Positions 13,336 through 26,955 of a stretch of DNA of 64,000 nt are shown here, piece by piece. Each line of letters opens with the position of its first letter. Within the stretch, counting starts at the first letter, position 1. Both the position numbers and the translations under genes were made by a program. Under the pieces are notes generated by a model. That model did not search any database and was not told where the DNA came from. It saw only the letters and a list, made by a program, of their open reading frames with translations. The stretch is from Macrostomum lignano (Eukaryota), in the NCBI GenBank assembly GCA_002269645.1, contig NIVC01000093.1, positions 620,001-684,000 of the forward strand, in the 5' to 3' direction.

Positions 13336-14592
13336 GATTGTCAGTTTTTTAGATCTTGACAATCTATGGGAAGGTAGTTTTTTATATCTATGTAATACAT
13401 GTTACAAATCTATGTGTTTTTTATATTGTTTTCCTAACTATTCTCAATTTTTGTTATATTACAGCTAATGGTCATAGAAAACTATAGGATTACAGAAGAA
13501 TAGGCACCATAATGGCAGTAAAATATAAATACAATTAGGCAACTAAAAAAATTGGTCACAGTTACGGTTGTAATCCCAGAGACTGAAAATGGCAGAACAC
13601 TAGTTTTTATAGCATACAAGTTTTGAAATTAGTTGTTTAGCAACATAGAATTACAACAAAATTTCAAAATTATTATGATTATTTGAAAAGAATAACAAAA
13701 AGTGATAAAAAGAAAATAATTATTTATTATTAAAATAAAAAAAACAAAAAAACTTTCAACACATGCTTAATGATGTTTCATACTCTTTTGCCAAGAAAGT
13801 AACCTATCACAGAAATGGATGACATTCAAATTACTATTACCAAAAAAAAAGACTTTTAATGAAGCCATAGTCTGGATCATGCTGGACTTATGCCGGAGGA
13901 AAAATCCAACATTTTTTATCACTTACGCCAGACTTACGCCAACCAAAAAAGGTCCCTCTGACTTACACCACCCAAAAAAGGTCCCTCACAATTCTTGTGA
14001 ATAGAATAGAATAGATGATTTACAATTAATTGGTGATTAATTAAATTCAGAAGTTGCAACTGTTTAAAAATCTCACAAGTTGCAAATTCTGAATCAAGAA
14101 TCAAAGTGAGCATCTTGAAGCTAAAAAAACTTTTGCTATCCTACAATAGATATTCTGCTATCTCATTTATACGAACTGCAATATTTTAATGAACTTTGTT
14201 TTAGTGCTGCTCTTTAACATCATAATTAATGCAAATGTGTATTCTATAGTGATACATTTGATTGTGAATGATCTCATTTGTGCCAACATTTATGCCACTT
14301 GATTTATGCCATGTACTTACGCCAAGCACTTACGCTAAAGCACATTTTGGCCTATACTTATGCCAAGCACTTACGCCAGCCTCTGATTCCAAACCAGATT
14401 TATGCCAGAGATCTCCGGTGTAAACGACATGATCCGGACTATGGTAATGAAGTAACTAGTCGCCTATTTTATACTGTATTATGTATATCTAATAAAATAT
14501 ATACCTTAATATGAAAGGGCACTAGATGCGAAGCCAAAAGCTAGACCTTACATAGGAATCATAGGGCCTAAATGTCTAGGTCTAGGACTTAG

Positions 14593-15082
14593 CCAGGATG
14601 GAATTCTTGCACGAAAATTGCAACGCGTTTTTGCGTTCAGGAAAAAAATTGCCAAAAATTGTGCAACGCAAAAAAAAATTGCGCACCTGTATGGGCTGCA
14701 AGAAATGCGACAAAAATTGCGAATTATTTTGTGACTGTTTATACACAGTTTAAATTTATAAATTACTGACTTTACTGTATTAAATCTAGAATTACTACAA
14801 AAACGTAACATTTATAGTTCGTTATTTACGAACTGTTCAAATTTAAAATTCTCTACTTAAAAAACAAAGATAATCAGTTTAATATTTATTGTAATGAGTC
14901 ATCAAAAAATGCAAGTATAACAGTATCGCAAAACATTTTTTTGACAATTGGTAATGCTAAAAATTGCACCACTAAATTTTGTTTAAGATTATAAAATTGC
15001 GTTTGGTTCAATATGGAATTGCGCACCAAAAAAAAGTCGCAATTTTCCGTTTTATATGCCAGATGCAAGAATTCCATGCTGG
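14593..15082. mobile_element. Non-autonomous hAT-like element (490 bp)
   Basis: 19-bp TIR CCAG(G/C)ATGGAATTCTTGCA; perfect 8-bp TSD GGACTTAG at 14585-14592 and 15083-15090; many AAATTGC subterminal motifs. Confidence 0.9.
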
Positions 15083-16794
15083 GGACTTAGTAGGCTTATA
15101 AAACTATAAGACTTTGCATATCAATGTGCCATAATGTAAACCAAGAAAAAATTACTTAATGCCATCGATTTTCAATTGTTTGAAACTTCAAGGCTGATTT
15201 TCTTTAAATTTATAGTTCATATAAGTTTACATAGACATGTATATATTTATAGATACATAAAATACATAAAATAGGCCTACGAAATAGATACATAGATCAT
15301 ACTTATACTATGTATGGACCAAACATCTATGTAGGCCTATATCTATGCCTGCATGCAGCAGATAGGACCTAGCCGAGTCTCAACTCAACACTAGCTTGGC
15401 CAAATTCTCATTTAGCATGTCAAAAGCTATACTGATGATAGGCTGCTAGGTGTACCACAAAAATACACAATATACTGATTCTGAATAGAATATTGAAGGT
15501 AGTTATAAGTTAGGTAGGCCATTAAAGCCTATCATTATCTGATCGAAAATGTCATGTCTAAGCAAGAAGGACGAAAGTACTACTTCTTTGTAATATTAAA
15601 ATGGACTCAGGCTAACCATTCGATAGGGTGACTGAATTTTGAACCTAAAGGGTCTGCCTGTGCCTTTTCTTGGAAAGTGCGCAAATCCTTTGATTTTAAA
15701 ACATGTAGTTAATACGTAATTTAACAAAAAGAAAACACAACCAAAAATCAAAAGCTACAAAACAGTAGTAGCTTTTTTAAAATAAATTCTTAGTTAATAC
15801 GCTCGTAAATATTATTTCCGTTAAAAAATTTAAAGCACATATTTCTGTCAGTCGCATTTGAGCATGATTCTAACTGTGAGAATTTTAAATTTCAGCATTT
15901 AAATTTAACAGCTCAGCTAGCTCCCGCACTGCCACTAATGAACCGCCTCGTCGCTGACTTGCAGGTGCCTGAGCTGACCCCTCAGGTCTCAGGCTGCCGC
16001 TGCTGCCTGCCTGCCTGCCCCTTTCGCCTGTTCTGCGAGTGCGTGCGCGCAAGGGGCCTCTCTCTTCGTCCTACGTCTGTTTTTTGTGTATTTCGCTGTT
16101 TTTCTCATATAGGCTCAGAACTTTGTAGCTTCCACCTTTGTATGTCTAGTGCCCCTTATATAAACTAAATAGCCAACAATTGGTTCGTAGGCTATGCCCT
16201 ACGTAACATGAATAACTTACGCTGCATGTTATTCCGGAAGTTATTTTGCACGTAATTCCGAATGTTATTCTGTACATTATTCCGCACATATACAGTGTAA
16301 CAGTGGTTCATGGACACTGTCAAAAATAGCCATGCCCATGGTTTTTGGACACTTCGCCATATAAAAAAAATGGTTAATAAATCTAGATGATAAAATGAAC
16401 AACTTTTGAAGACACTTCCCAAGATTTTGCAAGGCTGTGTAAATTGTTATTTGATTGTTATTGTTATATTTGTTACTTAGGCCCCTACTCAAAAATAGGG
16501 TCTAGTCATAGAATATAAGATTAAATACAAAAACAAGCTTAGAGATTCAACTTTTCACCTATAATTGGCATCTAAATACATGCTAGGCCCTATAGTCCTA
16601 TACATAAGTGCTCATTGTAGGTCCTAATTTTTTCTATGAGTATGAGTAGGACTAGGCCCCTAGGCCTATGAACTTGCCAAGCTTTTATAATTATTTTTGC
16701 TTGCTTGCTTAGAAAATCACTAGGGCCTAAAGCTGATAGGAATTATTACTTCTATAACTAAGCAAAGTTACAAAGTATAGTGGCTATATAATAT

Positions 16795-19662
16795 CAGGGT
16801 TTTTTTTTGTGCGCAGAGTGTGCGTATGCACCCTAAATTTTAAAATCGCACCCTGAAATTAAAAAAGTAGGTGCGGTTTAGGTGCGGTCTTATAACCATT
16901 TTTCTTTAAAGGCTTAACCATGCTTAAGCTATTTTTTATGCACTGCCTTAAAATATGAAACAAAATAACTCTTTAAATCCTATTAAGTCATATAGGCAAT
17001 ATAGCCTATAGCTATAGCCTTATGTAAGATATTAAAATATACATTCCCAGTTGTCTGAACTGTGAGCAATGTGAGGGTTTCACGAGAGATATTCAGACAA
17101 AGGCTCCCTAAAACATGCCCCACACCGGGCCCCGAACTGCTACACATTATAACATTTTTTGTCAATGCAGTATTTGATTGCAAGGAAAAGTTAAAATAGT
17201 AATGGAATAAATATCTTTATTTATTTTTTTAAATATTATTATTTTTTATATTCTCGTTTTCATTATTAAATTATAATATTATTATTTTATTAATATTATT
17301 ATTAATATCACTTATTGTTCACCGAATTTTATATTTCAAAGTAAAAAAACTAAATTTAATAAAAACTTGAAGCTTAACAGAAAATGCATTTTGAAGTGTC
17401 TTTAGTTATAGTCCAATTTGTTTTAATGTGTAGCGCTGCAGGGCGGTGCGGGGCGTGTTTTAGGGAGACCCATTCAGACAGACATTCAAAATGATTGTCT
17501 GTAACTTCAAACAAAATTGACCCGCTTCAACCATCTTTTTGGCAAATACTTACACAAGTGTTGGGCGTCGAATAAGCTTTAATTTATTAACTGAAGTAAA
17601 AATCCTTCTGACATACATTGATTTAAAAATTGCTTAGCAACACTAGCTCTGATTAGAAATCGCTTTACTGTTGACTAAAATTGTTTTGATCGTAGCAGCC
17701 TAAAAGCAGATACTGGATTTAAAAATGCTTCGATTTACTCTATACGCATATCTCAGCTTTAAAATGACACCTCAGGCGTCGCAAAAGACAGCTTTGATGC
17801 TGAGATATTCGACACTAAACATGCATTGCTTTGCGCAATCTCACATTCAGAAATTTCACTGATTTTTTGTCGATATTTGTGCAGTTGCCGTGTCCTTGTT
17901 TTTCATCGGAGTCTTGTCAAATTCTAGTCATGTCTATATGCATGTCTCAGCTTTAAAATGACACCTCAGGCATTGCAAAAGACAGCTTTGATGCTGAGAT
18001 ATTCGACGCTAAACATTGCTTTGCTCAAACTCACATTCGGAAACTTCACTGATTTTTATTCAATATTTGTTCAGATGCTTGTCTACTTCTCCATTTATTA
18101 ACCATCGCATGGAGCCTTGCTAACGTACAAGTGTATGTAGTTACAGTAAATGGGGTTTTTGTGACTCACTTAAACTTGTTTACGCATTCTGCAGCTATTC
18201 GCCGCCTTTCATTGGAGTGATTCATGGAGTCCAGTTGATAAATTTCCACAAATTGGACTGCTTCTACGTCAGATCTCAACATTTGGAACCGTCCTTGAAC
18301 TATTTCAGAGTTAAGTGAGCTAATGGCATCAAATGGAAGGCTAGTGCTCGTACTTGTAAGCGAAGCAGGTTCACAATTGAAATGGTTATATTCATGGCCA
18401 TGGGATCTAAACTGATCTGTTTTACTTTCACGATCGCTTTGGTCTCAGAAGGAGCAGCAGTTGATGGACTGAGGTGAGAAGAAGATGTGTCACGACTTGA
18501 GCTGTTTATAGAAAATATCTTTATCCAATTAAATATTTTCATGCGGCTCCTTAGGTTGTTCCGAATTCCGAGTCTAGAAGTCAAGACAGAAAAAAAGTTA
18601 AGAACTGCTACTGTAGTCCGTAGGGATTGGAAAGCTTAGCAGTACATTAGAAATCGCCAGTTCAATCTAAAAAGTTTGAAGTACATATAGCTATTGGGTT
18701 GCAACAACAGTAGAAAAAATTCTTCCTTTTTATTTTATTCCCACCGCTTACCTCATTCCGATTTGGATAGCAGAATTGCCACGCAAAAAAAGTAAAAACA
18801 TAACAATAAACTATTTGCTTCATATTAATTGCCACTGACTGTTAATAAACGCGACGTCAATTTCTCTCAATAACAGTTGGAACATGTTTCTCGTACACTC
18901 GTATATTTATTTGAACCGCAAAGCGGTGAAAAAGTCATGATTGGTTGCCATATGTACAAATGTACACTCACAGACTCACTGACTCAGGTACAATCTATGC
19001 AATATAAAGGCAGGAATCATTAAAAATCAAATACTTAAGACAGTTTAAGAGAAGTCCAGGTTTAAACTGGACATGACTAGAATTTGACAAGTTTCTGATG
19101 AAAAACAAGGACACGGCAACTGCACAAATATCGACAAAAAATCAGTGAAATTTCTGAATGTGAGATTGCGCAAAGCAATGCATGTTTAGTGTCGAATATC
19201 TCAGCATCAAAGCTGTCTTTTGCGACGCCTGAGGTGTCATTTTAAAGCTGAGACATGCGTATAGAGTAAATCGAAGCATTTTTAAATCCAGTATCTGCTT
19301 TTAGGCTGCTACAATCAAAACAATTTTAGTCAACAGTAAAGCAATTTCTAATCAGAGCTAGTGTTGCTAAGCAATTTTTAAATCAATGTATGTCAGAAGG
19401 ATTTTTACTTCAGTTAATAAATTAAAGCTTATTCGACGCCCAACACTTGCGTAAGTATTTGCCAAAAAGATGGTTGAAGCGGGTCAATTTTGTTTGAAGT
19501 TATAGACGATCGTTTCGAATGTCTGTCTGAATATCTCTCGTGAAACCCTCACATTCTAAACAAGACTCAAGAGAAATTGCACTCTGAGCCTTAAAATCGC
19601 ACCTTGAAATTTGGCACAAGGTGCGATTTCGCACCTTATCTCTGGCGAAAAAAAAAACCCAG
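16795..19662 (+). mobile_element. Non-autonomous hAT-like element, copy 1 (2868 bp)
   Basis: Ends CAGGGTTTTTTTTT / AAAAAAAAACCCAG; perfect 8-bp TSD TATAATAT at 16787-16794 and 19663-19670; no intact transposase. Confidence 0.92.
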
Positions 19663-19852
19663 TATAATATTATGTAATTATGCTAATGGATTTCTCCCTG
19701 TTCCACCTGCACGACAAGGACTTAACTAGGCTTAACCCTTGAATATCACAACCTTTATTATTCTAGCTTTATAGTTTGCATGTATTATAATATAAAAGTG
19801 CAAAGTTTCTTATAAAAATGGATGACAAAATGTCTTAGATAGGAAGTAGATA

Positions 19853-22720
19853 CTGGGTTTTTTTTTTCGCCAGAGATAAGGTGCGAAATTGCACCTTGTG
19901 CCAAATTTCAAGGTGCGATTTTAAGGCTCAGAGTGCAATTTCTCTTGAGTCTTGTTTAGAATGTGAGGGTTTCACGAGAGATATTCAGACAGACATTCGA
20001 AACGATCGTCTGTAACTTTAAACAAAATTGACCCGCTTCAACCATCTTTTTGGCAAATACTTACGCAAGTGTTGGGCGTCGAATAAGCTTTAATTTATTA
20101 ACTGAAGTAAAAATCCTTCTGACATACATTGATTTAAAAATTGCTTAGCAACACTAGCTCTGATTAGAAATCGCTTTACTGTTGACTAAAATTGTTTTGA
20201 TCGTAGCAGCCTAAAAGCAGATACTGGATTTAAAAATGCTTCGATTTACTCTATACGCATGTCTCAGCTTTAAAATGACACCTCAGGCGTCGCAAAAGAC
20301 AGCTTTGATGCTGAGATATTCGACACTAAACATGCATTGCTTTGCGCAATCTCACATTCAGAAATTTCACTGATTTTTTGTCGATATTTGTGCAGTTGCC
20401 GTGTCCTTGTTTTTCATCAGAAACTTGTCAAATTCTAGTCATGTCCAGTTTAAACCTGGACTTCTCTTAAACTGTCTTAAGTATTTGATTTTTAATGATT
20501 CCTGCCTTTATATTGCATAGATTGTACCTGAGTCAGTGAGTCTGTGAGTGTACATTTGTACATATGGCAACCAATCATGACTTTTTCACCGCTTTGCGGT
20601 TCAAATAAATATACGAGTGTACGAGAAACATGTTCCAACTGTTATTGAGAGAAATTGATGTCGCGTTTATTAACAGTCAGTGGCAATTAATATGAAGCAA
20701 ATAGTTTATTGTTATGTTTTTACTTTTTTTGCGTGGCAATTCTGCTATCCAAATCGGAATGAGGTAAGCGGTGGGAATAAAATAAAAAGGAAGAATTTTT
20801 TCTACTGTTGTTGCAACCCAAAAGCTATATGTACTTCAAACTTTTTAGATTGAACAGGCGATTTCTAATGTACTGCTAAGCTTTCCAATCCCTACGGACT
20901 ACAGTAGCAGTTCTTAACTTTTTTTCTGTCTTGACTTCTAGACTCGGAATTCGGAACAACCTAAGGAGCCGCATGAAAATATTTAATTGGATAAAGATAT
21001 TTTCTATAAACAGCTCAAGTCGTGACACATCTTCTTCTCACCTCAGTCCATCAACTGCTGCTCCTTCTGAGACCAAAGCGATCGTGAAAGTAAAACAGAT
21101 CAGTTTAGATCCCATGGCCATGAATACAACCATTTCAATTGTGAACCTGCTTCGCTTACAAGTACGAGCACTAGCCTTCCATTTGATGCCATTAGCTCAC
21201 TTAACTCTGAAATAGTTCAAGGACGGTTCCAAATGTTGAGATCTGACGTAGAAGCAGTCCAATTTGTGGAAATTTATCAACTGGACTCCATGAATCACTC
21301 CAATGAAAGGCGGCGAATAGCTGCAGAATGCGTAAACAAGTTTAAGTGAGTCACAAAAACCCCATTTACTGTAACTACATACACTTGTACGTTAGCAAGG
21401 CTCCATGCGATGGTTAATAAATGGAGAAGTAGACAAGCATCTGAACAAATATTGAATAAAAATCAGTGAAGTTTCCGAATGTGAGTTTGAGCAAAGCAAC
21501 GTTTAGTGTCGAATATCTCAGCATCAAAGCTGTCTTTTGCAATGCCTGAGGTGTCATTTTAAAGCTGAGACATGCGTATAGACATGACTAGAATTTGACA
21601 AGATTCTGATGAAAAACAAGGACATGGCAACTGCACAAATATCGACAAAAAATCAGTGAAATTTCTGAATGTGAGATTGCGCAAAGCAATGCATGTTTAG
21701 TGTCGAATATCTCAGCATCAAAGCTGTCTTTTGCGACGCCTGAGGTGTCATTTTAAAGCTGAGACATGCGTATAGAGTAAATCGAAGCATTTTTAAATCC
21801 AGTATCTGCTTTTAGGCTGCTACGATCAAAACAATTTTAGTCAACAGTAAAGCGATTTCTAATCAGAGCTAGTGTTGCTAAGCAATTTTTAAATCAATGT
21901 ATGTCAGAAGGATTTTTACTTCAGTTAATAAATTAAAGCTTATTCGACGCCCAACACTTGCGTAAGTATTTGCCAAAAAGATGGTTGAAGCGGGTCAATT
22001 TTGTTTGAAGTTACAGACAATCATTTTGAATGTCTGTCTGAATGGGTCTCCCTAAAACACGCCCCGCACCGCCCTGCAGCGCTACACATTAAAACAAATT
22101 GGACTATAACTAAAGACACTTCAGAATGCGTTTTCTGTTAAGCTTCAAGTTTTTATTAAATTTAGTTTTTTTACTTTGAAATATAAAATTCGGTGAACAA
22201 TAAGTGATATTAATAATAATATTAATAAAATAATAATATTATAATTAAATAATGAAAACGAGAATATAAAAAATAATAATATTTAAAAAAATAAATAAAG
22301 ATATTTATTCCATTACTATTTTAACTTTTCCTTGCAATCAAATACTGCATTGACAAAAAATGTTATAATGTGTAGCAGTTCGGGGCCCGGTGCGGGGCGT
22401 GTTTTAGGGAGCCTTTGTCTGAATATCTCTCGTGAAACCCTCACATTGCTCACATTTCAGACAACTGGGAATGTATATTTTAATATCTTACATAAGGCTA
22501 TAGCTATAGGCTATATCGCCTATATGACTTAATAGGATTTAAAGAGTTATTTTGTTTCATATTTTAAGGCAGTGCATAAAAAATAGCTTAAGCATGGTTA
22601 AGCCTTTAAAGAAAAATGGTTATAAGACCGCACCTAAACCGCACCTACTTTTTTAATTTCAGGGTGCGATTTTAAAATTTAGGGTGCATACGCACACTCT
22701 GCGCACAAAAAAAAACCCTG
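19853..22720 (-). mobile_element. Non-autonomous hAT-like element, copy 2, inverted (2868 bp)
   Basis: Reverse complement of copy 1 with only scattered substitutions; its own perfect TSD AGTAGATA at 19845-19852 and 22721-22728. Confidence 0.92.
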
Positions 22721-23940
22721 AGTAGATAATAGTGTCTTCTTTATTTCTAATTTTTAATATTATAGATGACAAAAAGATACAATAACAAAGTTTCTAAAAT
22801 ATGAGTAGATAACAAAGTGGTAGGCCTAGGCTTAGATTGATAAAGTGAAATTAAAAAAATAGGTTAAACCTGGCCTAATCTAAACCTAAAATTGGGAACA
22901 TGTAGCTGATAGTGCTAGGTTAATCTATCTTGTCTAGATCTATTTTTCCTAATTCACTTCATTAATCTTACCACTTTGTTAATTTACTCATATTTTTGGA
23001 CACTTTGTCTAGAGTATACATGTCATATATGTCATATATCAAAAATTAGGGCTAAAACACTAGAGCCTAGCAAGTATTCAACTCATCAATTTTAGCTAAA
23101 AAAGTTGAGCTCTATCAAGTAGCTATTTTTATTACAAAAATTGATTGCTAGGCTAATAAACAATAAAGCATTGTAGGTAGTAACCAAAAGCAATTACCAT
23201 AAACAAAAATTAATAATGCATTAGGCCCTATAGTTACAAATATAAAAACATACTTTATATATGAATATGATATATGAATATTAGAAAATATAGCCTATAT
23301 AAATAATAATAGATAAAAAATAGCTAGGAAAGGACAATATAGACAATTGGAATAGTGATTGTCTTAGCTAGCCAAGATGTTTCAGAACAATCAAAGCTAA
23401 CTTGGAAAATAAAGAAAATGACCTGTAACGATCCTCCTTTTATCTTATGATTTATCTTTAACCTTATATCTTTTTCTGGCTAAAAAAACATTAAGCATAC
23501 ATGCTCTGCTGTATGACTTTTAATAGCTTTCAAGAAGCCAAAAGATGCCATATTATAGATATTGTAGGGTTCTTTGAAACCAGGTGTCCTTAAGAAACCA
23601 GGCTGTCCTATTAATAGTCTATTGCCAACATGGTATTGAAGCTAATAGACAAAAAATATAATTAGAATTGAAATTTTTGAAGTTTTTAATAAAAATAATT
23701 AACTAGAAACATTGACAAGATTTTTGTATTAAAAATGATCCCAAAATAAGTATTTTATTTTGATTTAATTTAATTTAAGTATTTTAATTTAAATAGATGC
23801 AATTTTGGGCAAAAAAAAACAATTCATTTTGAGTTTTAAATCCACTTTGAAATCTTACTAGCTAACTGAATAAATATATAGTAAATGCCAAATAAATGTT
23901 TAAGATATGATTCCAACTAAGAGTGAAATAGAAAAAAACA

Positions 23941-26900
23941 CCTTTTTTGCACTCTATTTTGATAAAACTATTATTCAATTTTGGCAAACTGGCTTTCATT
24001 TTTGGCATTAGCTATGGACCTGCACTTTCAAACTGCATTTAAATTTGACAAACCAAGAAACAATTTTGGCAAAGTGCATTCAATTTTTGCATCTTATATT
24101 TAGTTTTGGCCTTGTAACACAGACTCTGTCGAAATAGACGCATCTAATCCCAAAACTAACATTCAATTTTAGCAAACTACATTCAATTTTAATAGCACTA
24201 ATATAAAAGGGGAATAAAGACAGAAAATTTGGATTTCTTAGGGTCTATACAAATGTCTACAGTGTTGGTATAATTAATGCACAAAAACTAGGCCTAGCAA
24301 ACAATAGAATGCAAAAAAACAAAGTGCATAGCCAGAAACAATTGCACAGTTTTATTATATTGTTATATTTTCTAGAAAATATGTTAATTACCATTAATTG
24401 GTTGCCTAGCTGTGTACTCTAATATAAAAGTAAAGCAGTGGTACACAGACATACATGCCCAACACCCATCTGCCAGCCAAGGTAAGTTGCAAAATTGAAA
24501 ATGCTAAAAATGAAAAATTGGAGGAAAAAAGAAAGAAGAGGAAGAGAAGGGGAAAAGAAAGGAGGAAGTGAGAGAAGGGAATAGGAGAGAGAAAAAGAGA
24601 GAAGAAAAGAGAAAAAGGCAAGAAAAGTCATATACAAAGTGCAAATTAAGTTGCAATTGCAATCAGGGAAACTAAGTCACAATCAGTAGGAACTAAGTTG
24701 CAAATCTGGACAAAACTAAGTTGCAGTGGATAGGTGAAATTTTGAGGTTGGGCATGTATGACTGCAGACACTTGTCCCTTGTGATTCTTGCCTCAATGCA
24801 CTTATCAGCAGTGCACTGAAGCTCATCATGGCAGAATTGCACAATGGTGCACCCTTGTTGGTTTTCAGCAGAGGGTTGATGAAATAGTAGTAGTTGATAG
24901 GCAATGATAGCAGCTGCTTGATGCCAGCCTTCCAAAAAGAAATATGTTGTACACTTTTGACTAGCTTCAAGAATAGGCTGTACAATTTCTTGTAGCTCAG
25001 CCTCATTGACTACTGACATTGTCAAATGCACTGATGAAAATCCAGTGGTTAGGGAATGCCATCTGGCTCATTCCATATAAGCATGGTCGTAACATGACAG
25101 GCTATTTTTACTTATAAAATGAAATATAATAATAGAATATACTAAACCAATATTTTAAATGAAAGATAATTTTGTCAAAAATATTTTTATAGAGTTTCAT
25201 GTAGATATCATCATTAGTATAGATGCTATTAAACCTTGAATGGCACTTATGGTCATAACAACAGGATTTTTGACATATAGAAACTAAAAGGTAAAAGTCT
25301 TATAACATTTTTATTTTTGATATTTTGCAATACATTTTTTAAAATTTGACTCAGAACATCTTTAGAAATCATACTCTTTTTGTAGAATATATAAACTCAA
25401 AAAGGCAACAAAGATACAAAAGAAAAGGCAGCCTTATGGTCGTAACATTATGGTCGTAACATATTTTTTTCTATCAATTCAGTAACTTTGAGGTACCAAT
25501 ATATTAAAAATATAATAGATTATTTGGTCACCAATACTTTTATCTGATGATGCAAGTACTATACTTTTATCTATAGTTTGTTTCAACCTTCCAAAGCTTT
25601 CTATTTGTTTTTAAAAGGTACACAAACTTAATGATGTCTTTTGCTTAGAAAAATGTCTAAATTTTTACAAAAATGACTTTTTGCCACTTGATAGCATACT
25701 AATCTAACATTTTATCATTCATTTATTCTTAGATTGTAGATATTACACATAAAAACATTTCGTAAAAAAATTGGCTGATAAGGCAATGGCAAGCAAAAAT
25801 ATTGACTTTTTTCTATTTTCTAAAAATGTCCATCTTATATGGAATGAGCCATCTGAATGTTCCCAATAATGATCTGGAGAAATTCCATAAACAACTCCTT
25901 TGTCATTCCCTTCACATAGCTCTGGTAATACACAAGTCTCACTTCTAGAGATATTGTTAGGCAGATAATCAGCCTTGGGTTACGCTGTCCACCAATAATG
26001 TGGTAGTCACCCTTTCCACACTCTGCCCTGCCTTGACTTTGCCTATTCCATGTGTCATAGCTGAACTCATCAATGAAAACCTTGAGTTCATTCACCACTT
26101 CAACATAGCACCACCATGACCACGTGCATAATACTCAGCATATTCTTCAATGACTTCTAGCAAATTTCTTGTAGCAGTGGTGTCGCAGACCAACTTCAGC
26201 TTAAAAAGCATGCCATCCAATTTTCAACTCAAAGTGGAAGTGTCAATGTGTAGTTTATTTTGAAAATTGGCACATAGTCATTTAGTTGCTTCAATTTCAG
26301 CAATGGATTCCCTTCTAGCTGTGTACAACAAAAGTCAGACATTTGGGTGTTACATTTTCTGTGGGTTTTTTATTCTTTATGCAAAGAATCACATTGCCCA
26401 GATTTGACAATTGAATATGCAATTAAGTATTTAATGTTAAGCATGCAGGCCACTGCCATGTAATTGTCTCTAGCTTCATATGCATCCAAAATGTCAGCTT
26501 GGTCTTCAGTATCTTATGGTATCCTCCACCTCCATGTTGTATGATTTTGCTTGCTAGGTTTTTCTCTTTTTTTGTACAAAGCTTTCAGATTTGGCAAGAC
26601 TCTATAAAAATGGTCCTCATTTCAGATTTCTACCTTGGTATTTACCATAGAGTGTATGGTAACCTCTCTTCTTGATCCATATTTTCTATGTCAAAATTGA
26701 GTGCAGTTTGCCAAAATTGAATATCAGTTTTGGGATTAGATGTGTCTATTTCCATAGGCAGTCAGTGTCACAAGGCTCTGGCTGCCAAAATTGAATAGAA
26801 GATGCAAAAATTGAATGCACTTTGCCCAAATTGTTTCTTGGTTTGTCAAATTTGAATGCTGCAGTTTGGAAGTGCAGGTCCATAGCTGATGCCAAAAATA

Positions 26901-26955
26901 AAAGCCAGTTTGCCAAAATTGAATATATTTTTATCAATATAGAATGCAAAAAAGG
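23941..26955 (-). mobile_element. Decayed Tc1/IS630-like DNA transposon with TIRs of about 250 bp
   Basis: Inverted repeats at about 23941-24190 and 26693-26955 (CCTTTTTTGCAYTCTATWTTGATAAAA). Minus-strand DDE remnants: VFIDEFSYDTWNR..GGQRNPRL..KELFMEFL, FDNVSSQ, LYSLFLKLVKSVQHISFWKAGIKQ. Right flank TA, left flank CA. Confidence 0.8.
25065..25850. mobile_element. Nested 786-bp non-autonomous DNA element with a 4-bp TSD
   Basis: TIR GGCTCATTCCATATAAG; TSD ATCT at 25061-25064 and 25851-25854; removing it restores the host transposase frame (QIIIGNIQMAFPNHWIFISAFDN). Confidence 0.88.

Noticed and set aside
18300-21215. Mirror-image 94-aa ORFs (18300-18584 and 20931-21215)
   Set aside because: GTC/TTG-type starts, no recognisable domain; internal sequence of a non-autonomous element
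16795-22720. Assembly fold-back artefact as the explanation for the palindrome
   Set aside because: Each arm has its own perfect 8-bp TSD, the arms differ by substitutions, and the spacer is unique
22785-23010. Short imperfect inverted repeat right of the twin elements
   Set aside because: Real but short and degenerate, with no TSD; cannot be classified
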